A DNA stretch of 20,000 nucleotides from an uncultured virus (IMG/VR IMGVR_UViG_3300025652_000051) (Duplodnaviria > Heunggongvirae > Uroviricota > Caudoviricetes). Location: the IMG/VR virus record IMGVR_UViG_3300025652_000051. One strand, 5' to 3'. Under the pieces are notes generated by a model that saw only the letters and a list, made by a program, of their open reading frames with translations, did no database searches and was not told where the DNA came from. The position numbers and the translations under genes were made by a program. Shown piece after piece: positions 1-9,224 of this stretch; the first letter of the stretch is position 1, and each line of letters opens with the position of its first letter.

Positions 1-261
1 GACGATCAAAAGGTCGATGGGTTGACTGAGTTTGATACTAAAAAGATAAAATTAGAAATGAATCTTTCTGATTTAGACGCTCGTGAGACTATAATACACG
101 AGATATATCATTGTATGCTTGAAGCTGTGGGTTTAGATGAACGAAACTTTGACACACAGCGAATGTTCTTAACTAACGAGCAATTAGTGGTATGCTTATC
201 CAAGCAGACTATGACTCTGCATCATCTTAACCCAAAACTATTCTCAACGATTTATGCTTGA
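1..261 (+). CDS. HExxH zinc-metallopeptidase-like protein (ImmA/IrrE-like), 5'-truncated by the window edge
   Basis: Frame is open from base 1 (DDQKVDGLTEFD...). ARETIIHEIYHC motif with a downstream E (NEQLV). Stop overlaps the next ATG. Confidence 0.6.
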   Translation, partial: DDQKVDGLTEFDTKKIKLEMNLSDLDARETIIHEIYHCMLEAVGLDERNFDTQRMFLTNEQLVVCLSKQTMTLHHLNPKLFSTIYA

Positions 262-691
262 TATTGTCAAAATAGACCCCGCGTCATTAACCCACGATAT
301 TTATGATGATGTTGTGAGCGTTGTATCTACGGTTGCTCGCGACCCTGATAAGGCTGCTGATCAACTTTCTTATATTTCCTCACAATACGGTTACTACTAT
401 GGTATAATGATCCGGGCCAAGAGACTTTTAGATAATGCTGTAGAGACATTAGAAAGCTTCAAGGCCGAGGCAAGAACATCAAAGCGTAATTCAGGAGTTA
501 AACTTACAGTCGCTGCGGCTGAAGATCACGTTAACTCTCTTGAAGAGACGTTTGAATTAAACAGTGAAATAAATCGTCTTAAAGAAGGTTATGGATACGC
601 GAAAGGTATATGTAACAGTCTTGAGATGAAGAAAGACATGCTTATCCAGCTTTCAGCTAACAGCAGGCAGGAAATAAAGCTTAACCAGTAA
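254..691 (+). CDS. uvsY: UvsY-like recombination mediator
   Basis: 145-aa helical/coiled-coil protein (YYYGIM...KLTVAAAEDHV...KGICNSLEMKKDMLIQL). Size, pattern and position next to gp32 fit T4-like UvsY. Confidence 0.65.
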   Translation: MLDIVKIDPASLTHDIYDDVVSVVSTVARDPDKAADQLSYISSQYGYYYGIMIRAKRLLDNAVETLESFKAEARTSKRNSGVKLTVAAAEDHVNSLEETFELNSEINRLKEGYGYAKGICNSLEMKKDMLIQLSANSRQEIKLNQ

Positions 692-720
692 TTTGTTAGC
701 ATTTAGCAATAATCAGCCTA

Positions 721-726
721 AAGGAG
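721..726 (+). promoter_or_regulatory. Shine-Dalgarno site of the gp32 gene
   Basis: AAGGAG, 6 nt before ATG 733. Confidence 0.8.
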
Positions 727-732
727 AAAACA

Positions 733-1548
733 ATGGCAAAAACACTAGCAGAACTTAGAGACATGCATAAGAGAATGATGGCAGAAGAGAAGCCATCCAC
801 CCAAGCTTCCAAATCGTCAGAGTGGGCGACTTTTGAAGACGGTGATAATATTGTAAGGTTCCTTCCTGGAAAGGAAGATCCTTTGGAATTCTTTGTAGAA
901 GGTCATGTTCACAAGTATCAGGATGCTGAAGGAAACTGGCGTAGTTACAAGTGCCGTAAATCACAAGGAGAGAAGTGTCCAGTATGTGACTACTACTTCG
1001 ATCTCTGGGGTCGCCACAAGGAGCTAAACCTGGGTAAGGGTGCCGATGGCAAGAATGTTAAGTCTAAGTTTGGTGATCTAGCTGTAAAGATTAAGTCTAA
1101 GCCTAGATTCTATGCTATTGGGGTTATCAGAAGCTTGCAAGAAGCTGGTGAGAATCCTGTTCGATACATTGCTATGAGTCAGCAGCTTTTCAATCCTGTG
1201 TTTGCAGCCATGGTTAGCGAAGATTTCCAAGATGAGGACAATCCTGACAATACGACTATTATCTCAATTGAGAGAGGTAATGATTTTAACGTGAGGTTGA
1301 CAAAGAATGGAAACTACGTCAACTTCAATGAATCGTCCGCTAAGTATAAGAAGACTCGTGCAGGAACTCCTGCTGAGGTAGCAGAGTGGATGGATAATGA
1401 ACTGAACTTGAAGTCTCTCGTAGAGGTTGACAGTTATGAAAAGGGGAAAGAGGTTGTAATGTCTCTTGAGTCTGCTCTCAACCCTGTTAAGACTGAGAGC
1501 ACGTCGCCTCCTTGGGAGGAGACTACTAGTGAGGATTTACAGGTATGA
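733..1548 (+). CDS. gp32: T4 gp32-type single-stranded DNA-binding protein
   Basis: IVRFLP motif, His/Cys zinc ligands (HVH...KC...CPVC), GNDF motif, acidic C-terminal tail. Confidence 0.88.
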   Translation: MAKTLAELRDMHKRMMAEEKPSTQASKSSEWATFEDGDNIVRFLPGKEDPLEFFVEGHVHKYQDAEGNWRSYKCRKSQGEKCPVCDYYFDLWGRHKELNLGKGADGKNVKSKFGDLAVKIKSKPRFYAIGVIRSLQEAGENPVRYIAMSQQLFNPVFAAMVSEDFQDEDNPDNTTIISIERGNDFNVRLTKNGNYVNFNESSAKYKKTRAGTPAEVAEWMDNELNLKSLVEVDSYEKGKEVVMSLESALNPVKTESTSPPWEETTSEDLQV

Positions 1549-2102
1549 TGAATAGAAAGTTTTTAGTTACAGGTTTGCTCGCCTTGATGATGAGTATGAT
1601 GTTTGCGTCCTGCTCTGTTCTTGAGAGCTTGTTTGAAGATAAGGTCGTTACTACTATTAGCAATGTTAGAGAAGATAGGCGTGCTGAGGCGGTCCCTGCG
1701 GACCTAGGTATGCTTCCTCCTGATGTTGCTGCTAGGATGGCTAAGGATGGTGAGACACTTGTGGTTGTGGATAAGGATGACATTCTAGATCCAATGGGTA
1801 ATGTCGTGGACATTACAGATCCAGGTTCAGAGGCTTTAGATTCTGTTCTTGGAATGGGTCTTGGAGCACTTAATTCGGTATTCCCAGGGGTAGCAGCATT
1901 AGAAGGATTGGGCTTGCTATTTTCAAAGAGGAAGCGAAAGCACTACGGCAAGGCTATGAAGGCTGCTGTCCCAGCTAATGGTAAGGTAGAGTTGAAGGAT
2001 GCTGTATTATCCTTAGGGAAGGCTATTGGTGTTGCACATAGTTCTGGCAACTCAAAGAAGGTCTTCGAGGAAGAAGAGGAGAAGGAAGTTAAGAAGAGTT
2101 AG
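1545..2102 (+). CDS. Predicted lipoprotein with a second Gly-rich hydrophobic helix
   Basis: Basic N-terminus (NRK), hydrophobic stretch, lipobox FASC. Internal VLGMGLGALNSVFPGVAALEGLGLLF followed by SKRKRK. ATGA overlap with gp32. Confidence 0.65.
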   Translation: MMNRKFLVTGLLALMMSMMFASCSVLESLFEDKVVTTISNVREDRRAEAVPADLGMLPPDVAARMAKDGETLVVVDKDDILDPMGNVVDITDPGSEALDSVLGMGLGALNSVFPGVAALEGLGLLFSKRKRKHYGKAMKAAVPANGKVELKDAVLSLGKAIGVAHSSGNSKKVFEEEEEKEVKKS

Positions 2103-2135
2103 GGCTAATCGTTTCGGCCTATAACGTCTTGAGTT

Positions 2136-2172
2136 GGCTAGATCAGGTCTTCGGATCTGATCTAGTTTTTTT
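2136..2172 (+). terminator. Rho-independent terminator with cUUCGg tetraloop
   Basis: Stem ggctagatcaggtc-TTCG-gatctgatctagtt followed by a T-tract (T7 at 2166-2172). UUCG-capped terminators are typical of T4-like phages. Confidence 0.9.
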
Positions 2173-2185
2173 ATACCTACACGGC

Positions 2186-2191
2186 TATAAT
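2186..2191 (+). promoter_or_regulatory. -10 box of a probable leaderless transcript opening the glycan cluster
   Basis: ggcTATAAT-6 nt-ATG(2198), directly after the terminator, no SD. Confidence 0.6.
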
Positions 2192-2197
2192 GATTCA

Positions 2198-3364
2198 ATG
2201 AATCGTAAGCTCAGAATTTTAGTGGTATACGCTAACCATGGAGGCTGTAGTTACTATCGTCAACTATCTCCAATGAAGATGATGGCAGAGGAATTGCATG
2301 ACAAGGTAGAAGTTAAAATTACTGACAACCCTTTAGAGATTGACCCTAAGAAGAATTACGCTCCTCCTAACGATAAGCTTGATGACATGAATTGGGCTGA
2401 TATTGTATTTGTAGCAAACATACTAAAGTTTGGAGGTCCTTACACTGCTCGCGTAATAGGTATTGCAAAGGAGCTTAAGAAGTTTGTTCACTTTGACACT
2501 GATGATTTGCTTACCGAGTTATACGAAGAGCATCATCTTTACGATACTTATAAAGAAAACAAGCTAGATGAGATTACTAAGTTTTGCTATTACAATGCCG
2601 ATTTAGTAACCGTCACTCAAATTAAATTTGCTGAGAGAATCAAGCCTCTCGTAGGTAAGTGTTTAGCTATCGTAAAGAATGTAATAGATTACACTCTCCC
2701 TGCTTGGAATCACCCTAAGACAAAGGCTAAGTTTACTCGCGTAGGATACGCAGCAGGCATTCACCATAGAGGAGACGTAAAGGTATTTAACTCTGTTCCT
2801 CATCTTGTAAACCAAAAGATAGGAAGAGAGAATGTTCAATGGAATTTCTACGGTCATCCTCCACCTGATCCCAATAAGGATAAGAATAGTTGGGAAGCTA
2901 AGGTCTGGCCTGAATACATGTCACAGCTTCTCAGCGGCTTCAAGGGGCAGAAAAACTATAACATACACTATGCTTTGCCTCCTGATATTTACGGTCGTTA
3001 CTACGCAGATATGGACGTTGCCATAGCTCCTTTACAGATGAATAATTTTAATGATTCCAAGTCTGATATTAAGGTTGCTGAGTGTTCACGCTACAAAATT
3101 CCCTTGGTAGCAAGCAATGTAGGATGCTACGATGAAAACATTATAAATGGCGAGACAGGATATTTGATTGATCCTGACGCTCCAAAGAGTGAGTGGGTTA
3201 AGATCCTTGGTAAGCTTTGTAAGGATAAGAAACATCGCATTGAGCTAGGTAAGAACCTCCATGATAAAACTAAAGATTTATTCGATGGCAGAAAGCAATC
3301 TCAACAAAGGTATGATCTTTACATGAGAGCTATTCAGGATTTAGGACATAAGATAGATGATTAA
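2198..3364 (+). CDS. GT-B glycosyltransferase (GT4-like)
   Basis: GGCSYYR, FDTDD, ADLVTVT and DVAIAPL...FNDSKSDIKVAE...PLVASNVGCY...GETGYL motifs. Start moved to ATG 2198 because the track start lies upstream of the terminator and would read through it. Confidence 0.82.
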   Translation: MNRKLRILVVYANHGGCSYYRQLSPMKMMAEELHDKVEVKITDNPLEIDPKKNYAPPNDKLDDMNWADIVFVANILKFGGPYTARVIGIAKELKKFVHFDTDDLLTELYEEHHLYDTYKENKLDEITKFCYYNADLVTVTQIKFAERIKPLVGKCLAIVKNVIDYTLPAWNHPKTKAKFTRVGYAAGIHHRGDVKVFNSVPHLVNQKIGRENVQWNFYGHPPPDPNKDKNSWEAKVWPEYMSQLLSGFKGQKNYNIHYALPPDIYGRYYADMDVAIAPLQMNNFNDSKSDIKVAECSRYKIPLVASNVGCYDENIINGETGYLIDPDAPKSEWVKILGKLCKDKKHRIELGKNLHDKTKDLFDGRKQSQQRYDLYMRAIQDLGHKIDD

Positions 3365-4067
3365 GACTTTCAAGCATAGCGGAGATTTAGGTGACATCAT
3401 TTACTCTCTGCCAACCATTAAAGCGTTGGGGGGCGGTGTGCTATACTTAGACCCTACAGGAGGTTCAAACGATCCATTGGTTTCATGGGGTAAGAGGGTT
3501 AATACCTCTTTAAATGAGGAGCTTATAGGAAGCTTAAAGCCTTTACTTGAACAGCAAGAATATATTAAAGAAATAAAACTTTGGGATAGCTCTGTAGGCG
3601 TTGACTACAATCTAAATGAGTTCAGAAATAATTTGACCAATAATTTGAGTGATTCTCACTTGAAGGCTTTCGGTCTTTCATCATCAAGAAGGGATGATAT
3701 TTGGCTTAGTATTGATGAGCCTTTATACCATAGTTCGGGCAGGAAGACTCTGATGGCTAGGTCCTTAAGGGTTCACTCTAATCACTCATTTTGGGAGACG
3801 CTACCAGATTCAACTATTGAAGACCTTGTATTTGTTGGTAGTAAATTTGAGTATGAAGTATTTTACAAAACCTTCAAATATGATATACCTTTTTGGGATT
3901 TGTCTATTTTGGACTTAGCTAGAGCGATAGCGTGTTGTAAGCTATTTATAAGTAATCAAACTTTTGGTTCTGCGATAGCGGAGGGCTTTAAAAAAGATTT
4001 AATACAAGAGGTTTACCGCTTGTGCCCCTTGGCAATTTTTCAAAGAGAAGGAGCTAGCTATGTATGA
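3357..4067 (+). CDS. GT9 (heptosyltransferase)-like glycosyltransferase
   Basis: HSGDLGDIIYSLPTIKAL N-terminal motif and SILDLARAIACCKLFISNQT...AIAEG C-terminal motif. Confidence 0.62.
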   Translation: MIKTFKHSGDLGDIIYSLPTIKALGGGVLYLDPTGGSNDPLVSWGKRVNTSLNEELIGSLKPLLEQQEYIKEIKLWDSSVGVDYNLNEFRNNLTNNLSDSHLKAFGLSSSRRDDIWLSIDEPLYHSSGRKTLMARSLRVHSNHSFWETLPDSTIEDLVFVGSKFEYEVFYKTFKYDIPFWDLSILDLARAIACCKLFISNQTFGSAIAEGFKKDLIQEVYRLCPLAIFQREGASYV

Positions 4068-4891
4068 GCGTAAAATTCGTATCTGATTTTCTTTTAGAAG
4101 ATTCTCCTGGAGGTGCGGAGCATGTTGATGATACTGTTATTACTGCGCTTGGACTCGAAGCGGTGAGGTCTAGGGACTTTACGCCAAACGAAGAAGACTT
4201 TTATATTATATCCAACATCTCTCTTCTCCCTCAGAGTAGCATTGATTACTTAGCAGCTAAGTGTAAGTACATCATACTGGAGCACGACTATAAGTTTCAC
4301 CCTACAAGGCACCCGTGGAGGTACCCTAACAACATAGTCGATTCTGGTGAGTTGATTAATCTCAGTCTATACGAGAATGCGATAATGACTTTCGTTCAGA
4401 CCGATGATCACTTAGAAGTATTCAAGCTAAACAATATTAAAGGTAATTTTGAAAGTTTGAATTGTAGCATTTGGTCTACTGAAGAGTTGGATAATCTCGT
4501 TGATCTTCATCGTTTGAGTAGATTGAAAGAAAGTTCTTTTGCGATTATTAATTCAGAAAACTGGATAAAGAATACAAAACAAGCAGTTGAGTTTTGTCAT
4601 AGCATGAAGATAACTTATGAATTAATTGAGAGTCAAGACTATAATATATTTCTAAGATCGTTGTCTAGATACTCCGCTCTTGTATTCTTCCCTATTGCTA
4701 GGGAAACCTGTTGTAGACTATTAGTAGAAGCAAAATGTCTGGGTTTAAATGTTATAACGTCTCAAAATTCTGGAGCATTTCAAGCAGATTGGTTTAGATT
4801 AAATGGGACTGATCTTATCAGCTATCTTAGAGAGCAGTCTTTGAAAAATTTGAGATCTATAGAAGGTTTATTAAATGAAAATAAAAATTAA
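4064..4891 (+). CDS. GT-B glycosyltransferase-like protein (GT4-like)
   Basis: GGAE near the N-terminus, EHDY, and LVFFPIARETCCRLLVEAKCLGLNVI (E-x7-E nucleotide-sugar motif). Confidence 0.65.
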   Translation: MSVKFVSDFLLEDSPGGAEHVDDTVITALGLEAVRSRDFTPNEEDFYIISNISLLPQSSIDYLAAKCKYIILEHDYKFHPTRHPWRYPNNIVDSGELINLSLYENAIMTFVQTDDHLEVFKLNNIKGNFESLNCSIWSTEELDNLVDLHRLSRLKESSFAIINSENWIKNTKQAVEFCHSMKITYELIESQDYNIFLRSLSRYSALVFFPIARETCCRLLVEAKCLGLNVITSQNSGAFQADWFRLNGTDLISYLREQSLKNLRSIEGLLNENKN

Positions 4892-5486
4892 AGATATGAA
4901 CATAGCTTATCTTACCTCTGAAAAATACCCTAAGAGGGACAAGGACACTAAAGAACTTTTACAGATTTCTAACTTAAGTTTTGAAAGGTATGATGGAGGG
5001 ATTACAACCCCTTATACAATTGGGGTTGCAAAAGGTCATCTTCAAGCTTTGAAGTCTTTATCACTTCCGTCTCTTCTATTGGAAGATGATATAAAAGTTT
5101 TAAATGGTTCTTCAATTGAAGTTGATCAAGAGTTTGAAGTTCCCGACGATGCTGATGCTTTATATTTAGGTACAAGCATGTATGGTCGGTTAGAGGGGAA
5201 AACCGTTCTTAACGGAGTCTTGGCAACGACCACTTCTAACCCTAGCGTCAACTCTGTGTATAACATGCTAAGTATGCACGCAATAGTTTACTTGTCCGAT
5301 AGATATAGAAATCATATTATGAATCTCTTGCAAATCCATATTGAAGATCCTACTGGAGGAGTTGATGATCCTATAGCCGAACACATGAGTGAATATAACG
5401 TATACGCAGTTGCTGATCCTGTATTTTATCAAGCTGACGGGCATAGTGAACAAGCGACAATGAATAGGATTCCTTTAAAGATATGA
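4875..5486 (+). CDS. GT-A glycosyltransferase (GT25-like)
   Basis: GVAKGHLQAL, LLLEDD, DALYLG, HAIVYLS, GVDD pattern typical of GT25/LOS transferases. Confidence 0.62.
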   Translation: MKIKIKDMNIAYLTSEKYPKRDKDTKELLQISNLSFERYDGGITTPYTIGVAKGHLQALKSLSLPSLLLEDDIKVLNGSSIEVDQEFEVPDDADALYLGTSMYGRLEGKTVLNGVLATTTSNPSVNSVYNMLSMHAIVYLSDRYRNHIMNLLQIHIEDPTGGVDDPIAEHMSEYNVYAVADPVFYQADGHSEQATMNRIPLKI

Positions 5487-6043
5487 AACTTTCAATATTA
5501 GTTCCAACGATGCCCACCAGGGTTGATTATTTAAAAAGATTAAAAAGATCTTTTAAAGGTCAATTAACTCCTGATGTAGAGTTAATAGTGTTTGAGGGGG
5601 ATGTTGGACAATCCATCGGTAGCAAGCGTAATAAACTTCTTGAGATGGCGAAGGGGGATTACATAGCTTTTGTGGATGATGATGATATTGTATCTCATCA
5701 CTACATCTCCAGAGTATTAAAAGCTATTGAATCGAATCCTGACGTTGTAGGTATCCACTTACTTCATTACGAAGACTATGGGTTAAGGGGTTTGACGTAT
5801 CATTCTCTTCGTTTCAAGGAATGGTCTGATGAGCCTAATCCTCAATATCCACAATTAAGAAATTACTATAGGAATCCAAACCATATTAATCCTGTAAGAA
5901 GAGAGTTAGCTATTCAAGTTAAGTTTCCAGAGATAAACATGGGAGAAGATAAAGATTACTCAATGCGTTTGAAGCCTTTATTGAGTAGCGAAGTTTATAT
6001 AAGCGATCCCATATACGCATATTTATTTAGGAGTATGAAATAA
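5483..6043 (+). CDS. GT2 glycosyltransferase
   Basis: LSILVPT...R, GSKRN...AKGDYIAFVDDDD, GEDKDY motifs. Confidence 0.88.
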   Translation: MKLSILVPTMPTRVDYLKRLKRSFKGQLTPDVELIVFEGDVGQSIGSKRNKLLEMAKGDYIAFVDDDDIVSHHYISRVLKAIESNPDVVGIHLLHYEDYGLRGLTYHSLRFKEWSDEPNPQYPQLRNYYRNPNHINPVRRELAIQVKFPEINMGEDKDYSMRLKPLLSSEVYISDPIYAYLFRSMK

Positions 6044-6582
6044 TGTCACACAAAGAAGAAAGAGACTTTTGCACTTCGGTTAAACACAAATTTCCGTATT
6101 CTTTTAAGGGTAAAAGAGTATTGGAAGTGGGTAGTGGAGATATAAATGGTAACAACAACTACTTATTTGAAGACTGTTGTTTAACCCGTGTAGATGTCTG
6201 TAAAGGACCTAACGTCGATATTGTATCCTACGCTCATGATTTAACTTTTGTTGACGATCTTTTTGATACAGTAATATCCACTGAGTGTTTTGAGCATGAC
6301 AAGCATTATGTTAAATCTTTACAAAACATGGTACGTATGCTTAGACCGGGTGGATTGCTTCTCTTTACTTGCGCGACAACTGGAAGACCTGAGCATGGCA
6401 CAAGTAGAAGTAAGCCTTGGCAAGTTCTTTCAACACGCATGGAAAACTCAGAAGATTACTACAAGAACCTAACTGAGCAAGATATTCGAGAAGTTATCGA
6501 TGTTGATAAAGTTTTCATAGAGCACGAATTTTCTGCTGAATTAAATCATTGCGATCTTTTCTTCTGGGGTATAAAGAAGTGA
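6043..6582 (+). CDS. Class I SAM-dependent methyltransferase
   Basis: VLEVGSG motif I, FDTVISTECFEH, LRPGGLLLF. Confidence 0.88.
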   Translation: MSHKEERDFCTSVKHKFPYSFKGKRVLEVGSGDINGNNNYLFEDCCLTRVDVCKGPNVDIVSYAHDLTFVDDLFDTVISTECFEHDKHYVKSLQNMVRMLRPGGLLLFTCATTGRPEHGTSRSKPWQVLSTRMENSEDYYKNLTEQDIREVIDVDKVFIEHEFSAELNHCDLFFWGIKK

Positions 6583-7529
6583 AGATTAATGTGATACCTG
6601 GGAGAGATCCTCACTATACTAGGTTAACTCAATCCCTACAGGCTTTAGGCCATGAAGTTCTTGTGGGTGAACCTGAGACTGGTGTTAAGTTTGACATGGC
6701 TTTTGTTAGTCCTAGTTACGACAAAGGTTACAATCAATCAGATAATATTCTATTCTTTGATGCTGAAGATGATCATAAGCATTTTGATCCTGGCGTAGCT
6801 TACCATGAGTTAAAAGATAAAGTAATCGCATACGCAAAAATGCATTACGTGGATGATGACAGAGGTGACGGAATTAAAAACGTGGCCTTCCCCATCATTC
6901 CCTACCTTACACATATACAAGCAGCATCGGTGCAGATACCTGATTTTTCTGCAAAAAATGCAGTGCCCTTTATGGCGGTAAGTCCGACGTTTATAGGTAA
7001 TTATAAGGGAACTGCACCGCGAGACCCTAGGTTCACCGCAGAGTTTGCCCCAGGGGATCTAATGTATAATCAAAGGTATCAATGGCTCTACAGCCTTGAA
7101 GAAAACAACATATTTTATCAAGGTGGTGTTGTTTTTTGGAAAGATAATGTCAGCTTTGAAGAACAAAGAAAATACTACGGCGACGTAATTAAAACATTTG
7201 AAGTGAGTAGGGTTGAAAATTATCTTGAAAAATTGGCATATTGTCGAATAGGTCTTTGCCCAACCGGCCACGATAGATTGAGTTGGAGAGTTTTTGATAT
7301 CATGGCAATGGGATCAATTTTAATATCAACTGACCGTCAAGATCAGAAGCATCTCTACAATCCAAAGGCTATTATAGAGATAAAGGATGATGAGGATTTG
7401 GGAATGACTTTGCACAAGTTGCAACCTGATTACAAAGAGATTTGGAAAGAACACAATGAGAACAGGAAGGTTCTTTCCCAGCTAACCCCGGACATCATCT
7501 GGAAAGATTTTAAGGAACAATTGATATGA
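6579..7529 (+). CDS. GT-B glycosyltransferase-like protein (exostosin/CgeB-like C-terminus)
   Basis: YLEKLAYCRIGLCPTG...SWRVFDIMAMGSILI motif. Start set at GTG 6579 (GTGA overlap with the upstream stop). Confidence 0.58.
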   Translation: MKINVIPGRDPHYTRLTQSLQALGHEVLVGEPETGVKFDMAFVSPSYDKGYNQSDNILFFDAEDDHKHFDPGVAYHELKDKVIAYAKMHYVDDDRGDGIKNVAFPIIPYLTHIQAASVQIPDFSAKNAVPFMAVSPTFIGNYKGTAPRDPRFTAEFAPGDLMYNQRYQWLYSLEENNIFYQGGVVFWKDNVSFEEQRKYYGDVIKTFEVSRVENYLEKLAYCRIGLCPTGHDRLSWRVFDIMAMGSILISTDRQDQKHLYNPKAIIEIKDDEDLGMTLHKLQPDYKEIWKEHNENRKVLSQLTPDIIWKDFKEQLI

Positions 7530-7531
7530 CC

Positions 7532-7537
7532 TATTAT
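7532..7537 (+). promoter_or_regulatory. Possible -10 box (leaderless-type)
   Basis: cTATTAT-8 nt-ATG(7546) in the largest gap inside the cluster, no SD. Confidence 0.35.
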
Positions 7538-7545
7538 TACCCACG

Positions 7546-8247
7546 ATGAAAAAACTATTACTAATTCAACCAGGGGCTTTTGGAGACATTATAGTGTGTG
7601 CTCCTATAGCAAAATGGTACGCGGACAGGGGGTATGAGGTGACTTACCCTGCGAGAGAGAAGTATCATTCTCTTCTTAATAAGTTGAGCTACATTAAACC
7701 AGTCATATTAAATGAAGATGAGTTAGACTCCGATTGGCTTCGCTCTGATGTCATGAAAATATTACCAGAGTGTAGTAATTATGATTTGATTATTAATTTA
7801 GCAGATAGGGGTCCACACTCCACTGCACAACGACCTTGGGAGAAGAATCAAGAAGCTAAGTATAGATTATCTCGTGTCCCTCGTGAAGAGCAGTATAATT
7901 TAGTATGGGATAGGGATATTGAAAAAGAGAATTTAATATATGATAAGTATGTAACTTCAACTCCTTATGCATTCGTTCACAATACTTCTTCCGATGGTGA
8001 AGATATTGATTTACCTGCTACCTCTCTACCAATAATTAAGAATGATACCCCCTTGGGCTATAATATATTTGATTGGTACAAGGTAATCTGCCAAGCTGAA
8101 GAGATCTACTGCACAGAAAGTGCTCTTCATTGCTTTTGCGACGGTATCTCTAAAGATATCACCAGTAAACGATTCTTGCTCTCAAGAGTGGCGGGTAACG
8201 GGCATCTACTGACTACTTCTAAATTTTGGGATAAAAGGTATTTATAG
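7546..8247 (+). CDS. GT9-like glycosyltransferase
   Basis: LLIQPGAFGDIIVCAPIAKWYADRGYEV N-terminal motif and IFDWYKVICQAEEIYCTESALH C-terminal motif. Confidence 0.62.
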   Translation: MKKLLLIQPGAFGDIIVCAPIAKWYADRGYEVTYPAREKYHSLLNKLSYIKPVILNEDELDSDWLRSDVMKILPECSNYDLIINLADRGPHSTAQRPWEKNQEAKYRLSRVPREEQYNLVWDRDIEKENLIYDKYVTSTPYAFVHNTSSDGEDIDLPATSLPIIKNDTPLGYNIFDWYKVICQAEEIYCTESALHCFCDGISKDITSKRFLLSRVAGNGHLLTTSKFWDKRYL

Positions 8248-8248
8248 T

Positions 8249-8632
8249 ATGGAGATTAAAATAACTATATCAGTTGGGGAACTTCTCGATAAAATTTCTA
8301 TATTAAAGATTAAATCAAGTAAATTCTCGTGTTCTAAAAAACTTGAATACGTCAATCGTGAGTTAAGTAAGTTGATTGATTGTGCTGAGACTCACGAGGT
8401 TTTTGATGAATCTTTACTTCATGAATTAGAGGATGTTAACAGGAGGTTGTGGGACATCGAAGATGAGATTAGGGTATTAGAAAAGTCTAAAGATTTCTCA
8501 GACAATTTTATTGAGTTAGCTCGGAAAGTATACATCACTAATGATAAAAGATTTATCCTAAAGTGCAACGCAGATGAGAAGTATGAGTCTATTATAAGGG
8601 AACAAAAGGATTATATAAATTACGATGGGTGA
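8249..8632 (+). CDS. DUF6165-like helical protein
   Basis: ISVGELLDKISILKIK...VNRRLWDIEDEIR...FIELARKVYITNDKR...EQKDY signature. Confidence 0.72.
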   Translation: MEIKITISVGELLDKISILKIKSSKFSCSKKLEYVNRELSKLIDCAETHEVFDESLLHELEDVNRRLWDIEDEIRVLEKSKDFSDNFIELARKVYITNDKRFILKCNADEKYESIIREQKDYINYDG

Positions 8633-9221
8633 TCTTCAACAACACAATCTTCAAAGTTTTATTCAAGACTATAACTGTAAACAGTTTGTAGAGACGGGAA
8701 CTGGTAAGGGGACAGGATTAAGTTACGCCTGCTCTTTCCCTTTTGAAAGCCTACACAGTATTGAGATAGTTCCTGAGCTTTACGAACACTGCGTTCAGGT
8801 TTTCAAATCTGATGAGAGAGTGTCCTTAATTCACGATAACTCTCTTGATGGGTTAAGGACCATTTTGAGTTCACTAAGTGATGATCCGACCTTCTTTTGG
8901 CTAGATGCACACTTCCCAGGAGCAGATTTTCATTTTAATGATTATGATCATATGAAAGATGAGAAACATCTGCATATGCCCTTAGTCGATGAGATAAAAC
9001 TAATACACTCTAGTAGACCTAACTGCGCTGATGTTTATATCATTGACGATCTTCACCTGTATGAGGATGGACCCTTTGAAATTCACATGCCTGAGTTTAT
9101 AGAAAAGTATGGAAACAAGAACATCACTCCCGCAACTGATCTTTTAAAAGACACTCATGTCTTTATTAGAGATCCTAGACATCAAGGTTTCTTGATATTA
9201 GTCCCTAAAAAAAATGGATAA
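8625..9221 (+). CDS. Class I SAM-dependent methyltransferase-like protein
   Basis: FVETGT.KG.G, SIEI, FFWLDAH, IIDD motifs. Confidence 0.68.
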   Translation: MGDLQQHNLQSFIQDYNCKQFVETGTGKGTGLSYACSFPFESLHSIEIVPELYEHCVQVFKSDERVSLIHDNSLDGLRTILSSLSDDPTFFWLDAHFPGADFHFNDYDHMKDEKHLHMPLVDEIKLIHSSRPNCADVYIIDDLHLYEDGPFEIHMPEFIEKYGNKNITPATDLLKDTHVFIRDPRHQGFLILVPKKNG

Positions 9222-9224
9222 AAA

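Noticed and set aside
692..732. Possible gp32 autoregulatory leader (ttagc/tcagc repeats)
   Set aside because: Only 41 nt, no pseudoknot that I can support, and the repeats are too short.
2172..2182. 11-mer tatacctacac shared with the minus strand at 18926-18936, both near -10 boxes
   Set aside because: Opposite position relative to the -10 box in the two cases, and 11-mer matches are expected by chance in 20 kb of AT-rich DNA.
2129..2197. N-terminal extension of the first glycosyltransferase in the ORF track
   Set aside because: It runs through the terminator hairpin. ATG 2198 fits the GT fold start and the promoter spacing.
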